Positions 11,719 to 23,405 of a DNA stretch of 64,000 nt are shown here, piece after piece; position 1 is the first letter of the stretch; each line of letters opens with the position of its first letter. The position numbers were made by a program, and so were the translations under genes. This DNA is from Octopus sinensis (taxonomy: Eukaryota), in contig NC_043008.1 in assembly GCF_006345805.1 (NCBI RefSeq), positions 31,620,001 to 31,684,000 of the forward strand. The letters run 5' to 3'. Under the pieces are notes generated by a model, which was not told where the DNA came from, did no database searches, and saw only the letters and a list, made by a program, of their open reading frames with translations.

Positions 11719-13948
11719 CTGTTTCAACACACGATTTCACATCAAAAATCTTGCAAAACAAATATTTAAACGTAAATATATATAGTCATGTATATATGCA
11801 TACATACATGCATACAACATCCATACATACACACGTACATCCGCGCCAACATATACAAGAGCAAATATTCAATTTGAAAAACATTTTGAAATTATATATA
11901 TTGATAAGTATCGTGAAGTAAAAGTTGATATTTTGAATTTATGTTTCTTGTTTAAAGACCAGAATAGATTTTAGCAGAATTATGTAATCCTTGAAATGAC
12001 TGACATTGCTAAAGTGCTAGCCATAGCTCTGATCATGACACTGCTGATACAGGATATGCAAAGGTAATAGTTTACCATAATCTAAGTTTAAGACTACAGA
12101 TGTTTTCCTTTAACTTCATGGCACCCGCAGTGATTACAAGTGTACCTACATTTATATGGTTGTTTTATAACGATGTGTTGCAACAAATCCTTTTATAGTA
12201 TGATGGGGCTAGCAAGAAATCACGACGTGAGCAAGGGGACGATTGCTGGGGATGTTAAATCGATTTAGGGATGAAGGCATATGCTTGCGGGCGCCGAAGC
12301 ATCCCCACAGCCCAATCGGGAGATATGAAGGCGGAGAGAGCACCAAAACCTCTTAACATCCTGAAGTACATGAAAAGTACATGTCACAATGAAGGAAAAA
12401 AAAATTCGAAAATGTTAGCATACGATCTTCAGCGTAAACAAAAGTAATCTGATCTTGTCAGACAGAACAGATAGGAGACTGAATCAGCTTTCTTAGGTGT
12501 TTCATTACAATAACGTCTGAGTAGTATCATTTTAGTCAATGTAACTGTATTTATAACCTTAATAAGTTATGTTATTACAACCGGCACAAAGCTGTAGCGA
12601 ACAGCGACGAAAAAGCTAAGTGACGTTTCGGAAACAAATTCTCATTTTTACACAGTCAAACAAATCCTCGATCCATTGTCGCAGCCTTTTTGCACTCGGC
12701 GATTAATGGGAATGTACTGACCTCATGAACTTTCTCGGAGCATTCTTCAGTTAATTCTGATCAAAGACGAAGAACCCTATTGTTTTAGCTGACCTAATTT
12801 GGATACCAGTAAGTTATATAAACACATGCAGATAAATATCTTCCTCTTTTTGATCAATCGTCCCTGGACAAACAGTGACCTTGTCAGTATGTTGACCAAC
12901 GCGTGCGAAGGTAGATCTCCTACTGTGTCATAACAGCCAACACCTATCTCTGCCGTTGGAACTACCACTGCCTTGATTGTTTTACTGTCTTTCTCTTTAG
13001 CTACACAGTGATGAAGCTAGCCTCCACACACAATGACCACGGAACAAGAGACAAATATTTTACTGCATCTACAAACTAGGTATACACACAAACAGACAAC
13101 TCGTCAAGGTTGTATATAATATTTCTTATATATTGTAACGACTGATATCGTAACCAACTTAATGAATGGCCATGTTAATAACCTATCAATTATTGTTATT
13201 CAATCATTTCTCCGATGCTTCATAACTAGAGACTCCGTCGTTAAAAACGTTACAAACTATCTTATTTACATTATAAAGTTGTATTATCGAAAACCATCGC
13301 TAAGTTGTGTCAATGTACCCACCGCTTAGCTGTTTCAAAACAACTAATACTGAGCTGTTTCTTAAAAAGCTAAGAACTGTGTATATAAAAGCTGAGATAT
13401 TACAAATATTACCATTGAACTGTTTCATTTAAATAACCACAAAATTTTAACATTACAACCACTGTTAAGTTATTTCATTATTACCACCACTGAGTTGTGT
13501 CATTACATAGTAATGATTTCATTACTATAAACGATGTTTCAATATAACCACAGCTCAGCTGTGTCATTACTGCCAAAACCTACTTGTGTCGTTACAACTA
13601 CCACCAAGTTATTTTATAGCAATCAGCACTGAGTTATGTCATTACAGCCAACACTGAAGTCATTACACGTCAACTACCTACACTCTTTCATTGCAATCAG
13701 CCTTTATCTGCACCATTTTTAAATAAACTGCTGAGGCGATCATTGCAATCACAATCGAGTCACGTCATTACAACTATTGCTGATCTATGACATTACAACA
13801 GTCTTAACTGTTTCACTATATGTATGTTCGAACTGAGCTTTGCCTAGGTACTACTGACCAGTATCGTTACAATCATGGCTGTCTTTATTTATTTATCCAT
13901 TTGTCTATCAATTTGTTCATCTGTGTATCTAGCTAACTAGCTTCATAC

Positions 13949-13949
<1 letters not shown>

Positions 13950-13996
<47 letters not shown>

Positions 13997-14045
13997 GTAT
14001 GTAGGTAGGTAGGTAGGTAGGTAGGTAGGTAGGTAGGTAGGTAGG

Positions 14046-14076
<31 letters not shown>

Positions 14077-14099
14077 GTAGATAGATAGATAGATAGATA
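13950..14099. repeat. (GATA)n/(GGTA)n array flanking the 3' end of the Tx1 cluster
   Basis: Directly visible tetranucleotide array. Confidence 0.95.
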
Positions 14100-15494
14100 T
14101 GTTTCTTTATTAGCTACACAGGGCTGCACACAGATAGAACAAATTACAAGGTAGAGCTTTTCTTTTGAAGGTTTAAAAAAAAAAAAAAAAAAATTAAAAT
14201 ATTAAAATAAAAAATAAAATAAAATAAAAAAGGGGGGGTCGATCAAAAGGGATCGTAAAAGGAGAGAAAGAGGACAAAAAAAGGGGGGGTTAAAAAAAAA
14301 GGGGGAGAGGAAAAAAAATTGATCAATAGGGATCGTTATCACAGAAATGTCAATATGAAGTGTAAAGGGGAGGACAGGTGAGGTTTACCCGTGGAAAGAA
14401 AAGCCTACGGAAAAGACCACGGTAACCTCGGTCAATGAAGTCACATGTTATATTTCTTTTTTTTTTTTTTTTTTGCAAATAAGCAACTCTCTGTATTAAT
14501 TTTTACGGTTCATAGAATCATAGTCAAGGTGGCTTCGTCATTCATACGTGCCATCCTTGCTACATTCACCCATCTTTTTTTAAAACATTCACTAGACAAA
14601 ACTTGCCTCTCTACTCTCACTTTTTTCTTCAAGTGATACTTGAAGAAGTTGATGAGAGATTGACCAGAGAGGAAAGTGTTTCTCTCTAATCCTTTCAGAC
14701 GCGTCCACCAGATACATTCTTTCGCCATAGCCACAAGTATGATAAAAATAGCTCTTCCTTCCCGTTTGAAGGAAGGAGGCGTGACGATATTAACGATAGA
14801 CTCGGCTGATAAACCGACACGTCCCACACGTGACAGCAGTCGTTCGACATAAGCCCACAGGTGGGAAATTGCTGGACACTGCACGATTGGGTGCAGAGCG
14901 GTTTCGTCGCTCTGCCCGCATCTCGGGCAGGTCGGCCCCGTGTTTCTCGAGCCATGCCTATAGAGCTTATCCCGAACGGGTAGCGCTTCTCGGTAGCACC
15001 GCCAGGCCAGGGATCTCTGGAAGTTGTCCATAGGTCCCGGGCCGAAAGTCGTTTGAAACAGGCGGGTCAGGTATTCCTCGTCGACGCCCAGGTTTGCCCC
15101 GAGCTCGTCGTCGTACCTCCCCTCCACTAATCCCCTATAGAATGCTTGGTTGTGTTGAAGTCACTCAAGGTCGACCCGGGACGGCAGAGTTGCTTGAGAG
15201 CAACGCGACACTCGCGGTGCCATTCGCCCTTCTTCGGCCTCTTTTTGATCCACGACTGTAGTTCGGTCATGGAGACGAGTTGCGGGAATGCGTGCCTCAC
15301 AAACGGCGACCACACCTGTTCACCGTCGTCTACATAGAGCCGGAGATGTCGCAGTCTCAGCGCGTGTCTGCGCATCATCAACCACGGCATGCCCAGCCCT
15401 CCTTTTAACGGGTGTTGACAGCAAATGGATCGCCTGACCATCGGGACGCATCCTTTCCACAAGAAGCGGAAGAGGATGCGTTCTAGTTTGGTGA
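14100..15494 (-). mobile_element. Tx1/L1-clade LINE copy 1 (subfamily A), 5'-truncated
   Basis: ORF2 C-terminus from TKLERILFRFLW to the stop at 14510, with CCHC CPRCGQSDETALHPIVQC and a 1-nt frameshift near 15140. Both ends abut (TATC)n. Clearly diverged from copies 2 and 3. Confidence 0.92.
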
Positions 15495-15558
<64 letters not shown>

Positions 15559-15859
15559 CTTTCTTTTATTAGCCACACAGGGCTGAATACAGAGGGGACA
15601 AATACAAATGCAGAGCTTTTCTTTTCGAGGGTGGAAAAAAATAAAAAATGTAAGATTGCGATCAAAAGGGATCGAAAGGAGGAAAAAAAGGAAAAAAAAG
15701 AAAATCGTGTATCACAGAAATAATGGTGTAAACATTGATATAACAAGATTGGGTTCATCCGTGGGAAGAAAAGCCTACAGAAAAGACCACGGGAACCCCA
15801 GTCAGGGAGGAAATAAACACATGAGGTCAAAAATGCTCTCTTTCTTTCTTTTTTACGAT

Positions 15860-18800
15860 CTACAGGATCATGCTCAAAATGGTTTCGTTACTAGCACGCA
15901 CCATCTTTGCAACATTCACCCATCTTTTTTTGAATCTTTCGCGAGACAAAACTTCCCTCTCCATTCTCACCTTCCTTTTCAAGTGGTACTTGAAAAAGTT
16001 GATGAGCGATTGGCCAGAGAGGTAAGTGTTTTTCTCTAATCCTTTCGCTCGAGTCCACCACACACATTCTTTCACCATGGCCACCAGTACGATGAAAACT
16101 GCCTTGCCTTCCCGGTTGAGGGAAGGGGGCGGAGCAATTCTCACGATAGACTCGGCCGATAGGCGGATTCGTCCCACACGTGACAGCAGCCGTTCGGCAT
16201 AAGCCCACAGGTCGGAAATGGTTGGACATTGCACGAGTGCGTGCAGAACGGTTTCGTCGCTCTGACCGCATCTCGGGCAAGTCGGTCCAGTGTGTCTGGA
16301 ACCGTGTCTGTAGAGCTTATCCCGAACAGGTAATGCTTCTCGATAGCACTGCCAGGCCAGGGATCTTTGGTGATTGTTCATAGGTCCCGGCCCGAAAGTT
16401 GTCCTGAACAGGCGGGTCAGGTGTTCCTCGTCGACGCCCAGACTCTGCCCGAGTTCGTCGTCGCACCTCCCCTCCACTAATCCTCTATAGAATGCCTTTG
16501 TTGTGATGGAGTCGCACAAGTTCGGTCCCGGACGGCAGAGTTGCTTGAGAGCAACGCGACACTCGCGGTGCCATTCGCCTAGCCTCGGTCTCTGCTTGAT
16601 CCATGACTGTAGTTCGTCCAAGGAGACGAGCTGCGGGAAAGCGCGCCGCACAAAAGGCGACCACCCCTGTTCACCGTTGTCTATGAAGCGCCGGAGATGT
16701 CGCAGTCTCAGCGCATGTCTGCGCATCATCAACCACGGCATGCCCAGCCCTCCATTTAGCGGGTGTTGGCAGCAAATGGATCGCCTAACCATCGGAACGT
16801 TTCCCTTCCACAAGAAGCGGAAGAGTATGCGTTCCAGTTTGGTGATGGTAGGGTCGGGACAAGGCACGACGGTCAGACGATACTCGATGACGGATGCGAT
16901 GTACGCGTTCGCCACCTCCGCCCGACCTTTTAGGGATAGCTTTCTCTCAGTCCATTTCTGGGTGAGAGTAGCCACCCTAGTCGTTATCTCGCCCCAGTTC
17001 TTCTCCATTTGGAGGTCCGGACCGAACCAGACCCCGAGCAATTTAACCGGTCCGTCCGTCCAGCGTCCCACGATGGAGACGCTGTTGGACGGCATGGGCT
17101 TGCTTCTCCAGGTGCCGAGCCGCAAGCCCACTGACTTTTCCCGGTTAATTTTTGCTCCCGTTACCGCTTCGTATTCTTTCAGTGTCTCGCCGACCAGCTC
17201 GATGTGCTCGTAGCTCGACACTATGACGGTGACGTCATCCGCGTATGCAGACACATTCCTCCCGCTTCCCAGCTCTCGTGGGATGCCCCTCAGCGTCGCC
17301 AGTTTCCGCAGTAGTGGCTCAAGAGTCAGTACATACAACAGCGATGAGAGGGGGCATCCCTGACGAACCGAACGCATGATGTTAAAAGGTCTGGATAGAT
17401 GACCATTTACGCGAACTACTGAGCGGATGCCGCTGTATAAGGCAGCGATCCAACCGCGGAAAACTGGACCGAAACCAGCCGCCTTGAGGACAGCCTCCAA
17501 GTAGTGATGGTCTACCCTATCGAAGGCTTTTGATTGATCCAAATTGATCAGCGCCCCACCCATGCCAGGATTTTTAACTACCCTGTCTATGATGTAGCGC
17601 ATCAGGTGGAGGTTGTCATGAATACTTCTACCCGGCACGGCGCATGTTTGCGCCTTGTCGATTAGTTTCTTGATGACAAGCGCCAACCTCTCGGCTAACA
17701 CCTTGGCCAAAATTTTCAAATCTGCGTTGAGCAGAGTGATGGGCCTGAAATTATCTATGGCGTCCCCCTTGTTTGGGTCTTTCTTGATCAGTGCCACTGC
17801 TCCTCGCTTTACAAAAGCAGGAATACTCCCGTTCTGCTGCCAGTTGCAGTAGACAGCTGCCAAGACGCCTCCAAACAAGTCTGGCATATGAAAATAAAAT
17901 TCGTAGGGCAGACCATCCAAGCCTGGTGACTTGTCTCTCGCGCAGCCTACCATCGCATCCTGTACGTCCGCAGCTGTGATAGGCTTTTCACAAGACTCCA
18001 CCTCCCTTGCTGAGAGTCGTGGCAAGGCATGCAGGTAGGCACTAAAGTCCACTCTGCTTTCTGACTCACCACTTGTCCCAAACAGTTGGGTGAAGTGTTG
18101 TTGAAAAACCCCACACATCCTTTTAGGCTCGAGCAATTCGCGCCCCTGTTTATCTATAAGAGACTTGATGGTGGCTCTGTTGCCTCGTTGCGTCTCCACC
18201 ACTCGGGCCTCTTGGGCGGCTCCAACTCCTTCGTTCCTCAGAGCACGCATCCTTCGTGTTTGGCGTTGAGGTGTTGGTCGAGGGCCAATCTCGCCGCCAG
18301 TACGTTGGACGCGATGCCAGTTCTAAGTGCCTCTTCTAAAACCTTAACTAAATCTCCCTCTATTCTATTTCGGTCTAATGCTAGGGCTCTACTGTATCTG
18401 ACTGATTCTGCTTTAATCGCTTTTTTTAGGGCATACCACCATCTGTTGTTGATGATGGTACCCGTCAAAACTCTCTTAACTAATGTGCTGATCCGGTCCC
18501 TGTAAACCTGTCGTGCTGTAAAAGACGCGTTCAGTTTCCAGTAACCAGGACCCTGCCTATGTGTCTTATCTAAGTCAAGTGTACAAGTCACAAACTTGTG
18601 ATCTGTGTAACTGACTATATGAAATTGTGGACAACCTACACTATTTTTATCTATTGTCCTACAGAAAACTCTATCTAAGTATGATCTGGACGACCCGATG
18701 CGGTTACTCCATGTCCACATTGGCACATTCGGGTGGTCCAGTCGGTACCTGTCAGACAGTTGGAAACGTCTGAGCAGGTCTTTGAGGCATTTGCATCCCC

Positions 18801-19278
18801 TTCTATTGCTATCTCTGCCCACGTAGTCTAGATGCGTGTCCAGGGTGGCATTCCAATCCCCCACTAAAAGTAAAGGACGAGACGTTCCCATGAAAGACTC
18901 TAGACGTCGAAAGAAATCTGGTCGGCCTGTTAAGGACGGAGCATAAACTGCTATCAGTCGAAAAGCACACTCATTGCTGCCATCGACATCCAAAATGACC
19001 AGCCTACCCTCCGGGTCTAGGAAATTTGCTCTTACTTTGAGATCCAGACTCTTCCGGATAAGCACCGCGGTGCCACCTCCGCCCATTCTCGGTAGACACG
19101 GAAAAAAATAAATGTTGAAATGTGTACCGAAAATGTGCTGGAGTGCCCGCAAGCTGTGGAGTCTGGTCTCACTGATGGCTATGATATTCAGATTTAGTGA
19201 CTTGATGTCATTTAACAGGTAGCCTTGTTTCCAAGGCGACCCCAAGCCACGTACATTTATACTACCTATTCTGAGCAT
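15860..19278 (-). pseudogene. LINE ORF2: APE endonuclease + reverse transcriptase + C-terminal CCHC, one frameshift at ~18245
   Basis: APE motifs GSINVRGL, ISET, AVYAP, GDWN, SYLDR, YTDH. RT motifs KSPGLDG, FRPITLLNAD, LDQSKAFDRVDH, VRQGCPLS, YADD. CCHC CPRC..H..C. Corresponds to the 352-aa and 796-aa ORFs in the track. Confidence 0.95.
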
Positions 19279-19320
19279 GTTCCGATAAAAGTGCAAAAAA
19301 GGAAAAGGAGAGAGAAAAGG

Positions 19321-21478
19321 TTACTTGTTTTTCGAAAGTTCTTTGTCTTTCACCTCACGGTCTTCTTCTATGAGGCTTTTATACAGTTTTTTCGATGAGT
19401 ACTTTTGAAATCTCCCTACTGCATCAGGGTAAAGAGATTTCAGGGTGCTGTATGTGTTCTGTGTCACGTGTATTATTTTAATGTGTTGTGGTGGTGTTGT
19501 GTGTGGGTGGTTACTTGTTTTTATGTCGTTTTCAGTAATGTTAGTGTTTGACCTAATGTGTTCCATTAGGTCGTGGTTGTTTGTGTTTATGGCTGTCAAC
19601 ATTTTTGGGGGGTTTGATGATGGTGTGTTTGTGTTGATGTGTGTGTTTTCTGTGGATGTTTTTGTTTCGGGAGTGGTGTATCTTCCCGCTTTGTTTGTTA
19701 TTTTTTCTTTTCTTTTTTTCCCCTTTTTCTTCTCCCCCCTGTGGCTATTTGCCAATCTTCCGTGTCTTCTTCGTCTAATGACAGATCAGACGAATCGGAG
19801 TCTGGAAGAGGGAAAGTATTGGGGTCTATTGTCGACTGTGTTGGTTTTGTTGTTGGTGTTGGTTGGTGAGCGTTTGGTTGTGGTGTATGTGATTTTGGAT
19901 GTGGGGTTTGGGTATTTTGTGTTTGAGTGATTGTGGGTATTGTGTTGTTTAGGGTCTCAATTTTGTGGGGATTTGGAGTTGTAATTGTTTCTTCATTTTT
20001 GCTGGGTGTCTTTTTGGCAGATGTCCTTGGTTTGGGAGTTGGTATATTCTTGGTTGTTGTTGTTGGTGATGCTGCTTCTGTTCTTGGTGCTGCAGTTGGT
20101 GTGGTTGTTTGTTGGTGAGGTTTGTTCCTGCAAAAAGTGGTGTGGGTAGTAAACCTTGTTTATTTGTTTTTGTTTCCGGCTGCTGTTGTTGTTGCTGTTG
20201 TTTTCTTGCGGCAGATTTGCAGTCTTTTTTGAGGTGTTGCTCACTGCCGCATATGTAGCAACGTGGTCTTCTGCCATCGACGACCACATATAACTTGTGG
20301 TCGTCTGATACACATATCTGGGTGGGTATTTTTTTTATATCTTCATGATGTATATGTAGAAGAAATTCTATTTTTTTTCCCACCCAGTTTTTATGCTCTG
20401 TGACTGTGGTTTCCAAAATAGTATAATTCGCCATTTTTACGCATAAGGCCTTTACAAGCCATAGACTATTGGCTATTTTGGGGACATTGTTTAGAGTGAT
20501 CTTAGTCACTTTCTGTCCCCGATAGCTTGGTGTAAGTTGGAGTTCATCTGAGTGAAGAGTTAGCGTTGAGAAATGTCTAGCTAACTCTTCGGTGTAGAAA
20601 ACAACTTGTATGTGGGCAAATTTGTTCCACCAGGTTACATATTCTTTGTGATCCCAGATGGGTTTCAAGCACTTCTCTATTTTGCTTGTGTTGGCCTTCT
20701 CTGGGATTTTTGTTTTTTTTGTTAACTATTTTATAAATGATTGTTCGTCTTTTTTCATTTTCCAAAATATCTTCTGGTATGTTTATTTTTACTATACCTT
20801 CTGATTCTGTTATTTTGATGTTCGTGTCCTGTATTTGTTGAGCCGTAAAGTATATTGTTGTTTTTTTTTCTTTAATCGCCTCAGCGAAATTTGTTGTTGT
20901 TTTGTTATTGTTGTTGCTTGTGGTGATGTTGTTGTTGGCTGCAGTTTGTAAAATTGGTGTGTTTGGTTCGGTCGTGCAAGTAGGAAGGGGTGGAAAATTG
21001 CCTGCGTACTTTAGTCCTGCACAAGGGCAAATTTCGACATTTCGTTTGCTTGTCGTCGTTATTTTTTCACTTGTTGGTGATGGAGTGAGCAGTGGTTGAA
21101 GGGAATTGTTGTTGTCGTCGTCGTTGTTGTTGTTGTTGTTGTTATTGTCGTTCTTGGTGACGGCGGTGGTGTTGGTAGTATTAGTAGCATTGACGGCACG
21201 GTCTTTGGTGGCGGTGATGGTGATGTTGTGTTGTTATTGGTGGCGATATCTTTAGTAGGGATAGCAGTTTTAGTAGCAGATTCTGCCATGGTGTTGGTGG
21301 TGGTGGTGGACTCACTGATGGTGTTGACGGTGCTTGGCCTTGCGACCTTTGTTTTGTATTTGTTGCTGTTGATGGTGGTGGAGTTGTCAGGTTCGGCGTA
21401 TGCTAACAGAGCATCCTGTTTTTCTGTTTGTGCGTCACGCTTGACTTGCACCTCAGCCTCGTGGTGGCCAGTGGCCAT
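19321..21478 (-). pseudogene. LINE ORF1 (gag-like, CX2CX4HX4C zinc knuckle), interrupted by several frameshifts
   Basis: ATG in strong context (AAAATGG) at 21478, Thr/Pro-rich N-terminus, CYICGSEQHLKKDC in the 19949-20668 ORF, and a stop at 19321 just before ORF2. Confidence 0.8.
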
Positions 21479-21699
21479 TTTGGAAATAAAATGGCTAAAT
21501 GAAACCACGAAGGCTATGAGAGTTTTTTCTTTTAAATTTTGCCCACAAGGGGCAAAATTTTGTGTCGATATTTATCAAAGGTTTACAGTGGATGTTGTTG
21601 CACAACTTTTAAGCACAAAATGTTTGTCAATATACACTTTTAAATAGTCAAAATAAATGATTACCTTCGGAGCTGAAACGACATCACATCCGTCAATAG

Positions 21700-21732
<33 letters not shown>

Positions 21733-21733
<1 letters not shown>

Positions 21734-23405
21734 CTTTCTTTTATTAGCCACACAGGGCTGAATACAGAGGGGACAAATACAAATGCAGAGCTTTTCTTTT
21801 CGAGGGTGGAAAAAAATAAAAAATGTAAGATTGCGATCAAAAGGGATCGAAAGGAGGAAAAAAAAGGAAAAAAAAGAAAATCGTGTATCACAGAAATAAT
21901 GGTGTAAACATTGATATAACAAGATTGGGTTCATCCGTGGGAAGAAAAGCCTACAGAAAAGACCACGGGAACCCCAGTCAGGGAGGAAATAAACACATGA
22001 GGTCAAAAATGCTCTCTTTCTTTCTTTTTTACGATCTACAGGATCATGCTCAAAATGGTTTCGTTACTAGCACGCACCATCTTTGCAACATTCACCCATC
22101 TTTTTTTGAATCTTTCGCGAGACAAAACTTCCCTCTCCATTCTCACCTTCCTTTTCAAGTGGTACTTGAAAAAGTTGATGAACGATTGGCCAGAGAGGTA
22201 AGTGTTTGTCTCTAATCCTTTCGCTCGAGTCCACCACACACATTCTTTCACCATGGCCACCAGTACGATGAAAACTGCCTTGCCTTCCCGGTTGAGGGAA
22301 GGGGGCGGAGCAATTCTCACGATAGACTCGGCCGATAGGCGGATTCGTCCCACACGTGACAGCAGCCGTTCGGCATAAGCCCACAGGTCGGAAATGGTTG
22401 GACATTGCACGAGTGCGTGCAGAACGGTTTCGTCGCTCTGACCGCATCTCGGGCAAGTCGGTCCAGTGTGTCTGGAACCGTGTCTGTAGAGCTTATCCCG
22501 AACAGGTAATGCTTCTCGATAGCACTGCCAGGCCAGGGATCTTTGGTGATTGTTCATAGGTCCCGGCCCGAAAGTTGTCCTGAACAGGCGGGTCAGGTGT
22601 TCCTCGTCGACGCCCAGACTCTGCCCGAGTTCGTCGTCGCACCTCCCCTCCACTAATCCTCTATAGAATGCCTTTGTTGTGATGGAGTCGCACAAGTTCG
22701 GTCCCGGACGGCAGAGTTGCTTGAGAGCAACGCGACACTCGCGGTGCCATTCGCCTAGCCTCGGTCTCTGCTTGATCCATGACTGTAGTTCGTCCAAGGA
22801 GACGAGCTGCGGGAAAGCGCGCCGCACAAAAGGCGACCACCCCTGTTCACCGTTGTCTATGAAGCGCCGGAGATGTCGCAGTCTCAGCGCATGTCTGCGC
22901 ATCATCAACCACGGCATGCCCAGCCCTCCATTTAGCGGGTGTTGGCAGCAAATGGATCGCCTAACCATCGGAACGTTTCCCTTCCACAAGAAGCGGAAGA
23001 GTATGCGTTCCAGTTTGGTGATGGTAGGGTCGGGACAAGGCACGACGGTCAGACGATACTCGATGACGGATGCGATGTACGCGTTCGCCACCTCCGCCCG
23101 ACCTTTTAGGGATAGCTTTCTCTCAGTCCATTTCTGGGTGAGAGTAGCCACCCTAGTCGTTATCTCGCCCCAGTTCTTCTCCATTTGGAGGTCCGGACCG
23201 AACCAGACCCCGAGCAATTTAACCGGTCCGTCCGTCCAGCGTCCCACGATGGAGACGCTGTTGGACGGCATGGGCTTGCTTCTCCAGGTGCCGAGCCGCA
23301 AGCCCACTGACTTTTCCCGGTTAATTTTTGCTCCCGTTACCGCTTCGTATTCTTTCAGTGTCTCGCCGACCAGCTCGATGTGCTCGTAGCTCGACACTAT
23401 GACGG

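Larger units (their letters stand above)
15558..21696 (-). mobile_element. Tx1/L1-clade LINE copy 2 (subfamily B), full length ~6.1 kb
   Basis: About 220-nt 5'UTR, ORF1 with CCHC knuckle, 42-nt spacer, APE-RT-CCHC ORF2, and a ~300-nt 3'UTR ending AATAAAAGAAAGT directly in (TATC)n. The 5' end also abuts (TATC)n. Confidence 0.95.

Noticed and set aside
12777-12968. Possible exon in the moderately GC-rich 12.2-13.0 kb region
   Set aside because: No consistent acceptor/donor pair with an open frame on either strand.
13295-13885. CRISPR-like or other prokaryotic array
   Set aside because: No constant repeat with unique spacers; the context is eukaryotic with spliceosomal introns.
16503-17213. 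236-aa plus-strand ORF (duplicated at 22679-23389) and other antisense ORFs over the LINE
   Set aside because: Stop-poor shadow frames of a GC-rich ORF2; the duplication only reflects the LINE copies.
18238-18250. Programmed ribosomal frameshift between APE and RT
   Set aside because: No slippery heptamer is present, and a conserved motif is missing, which favours a deletion.
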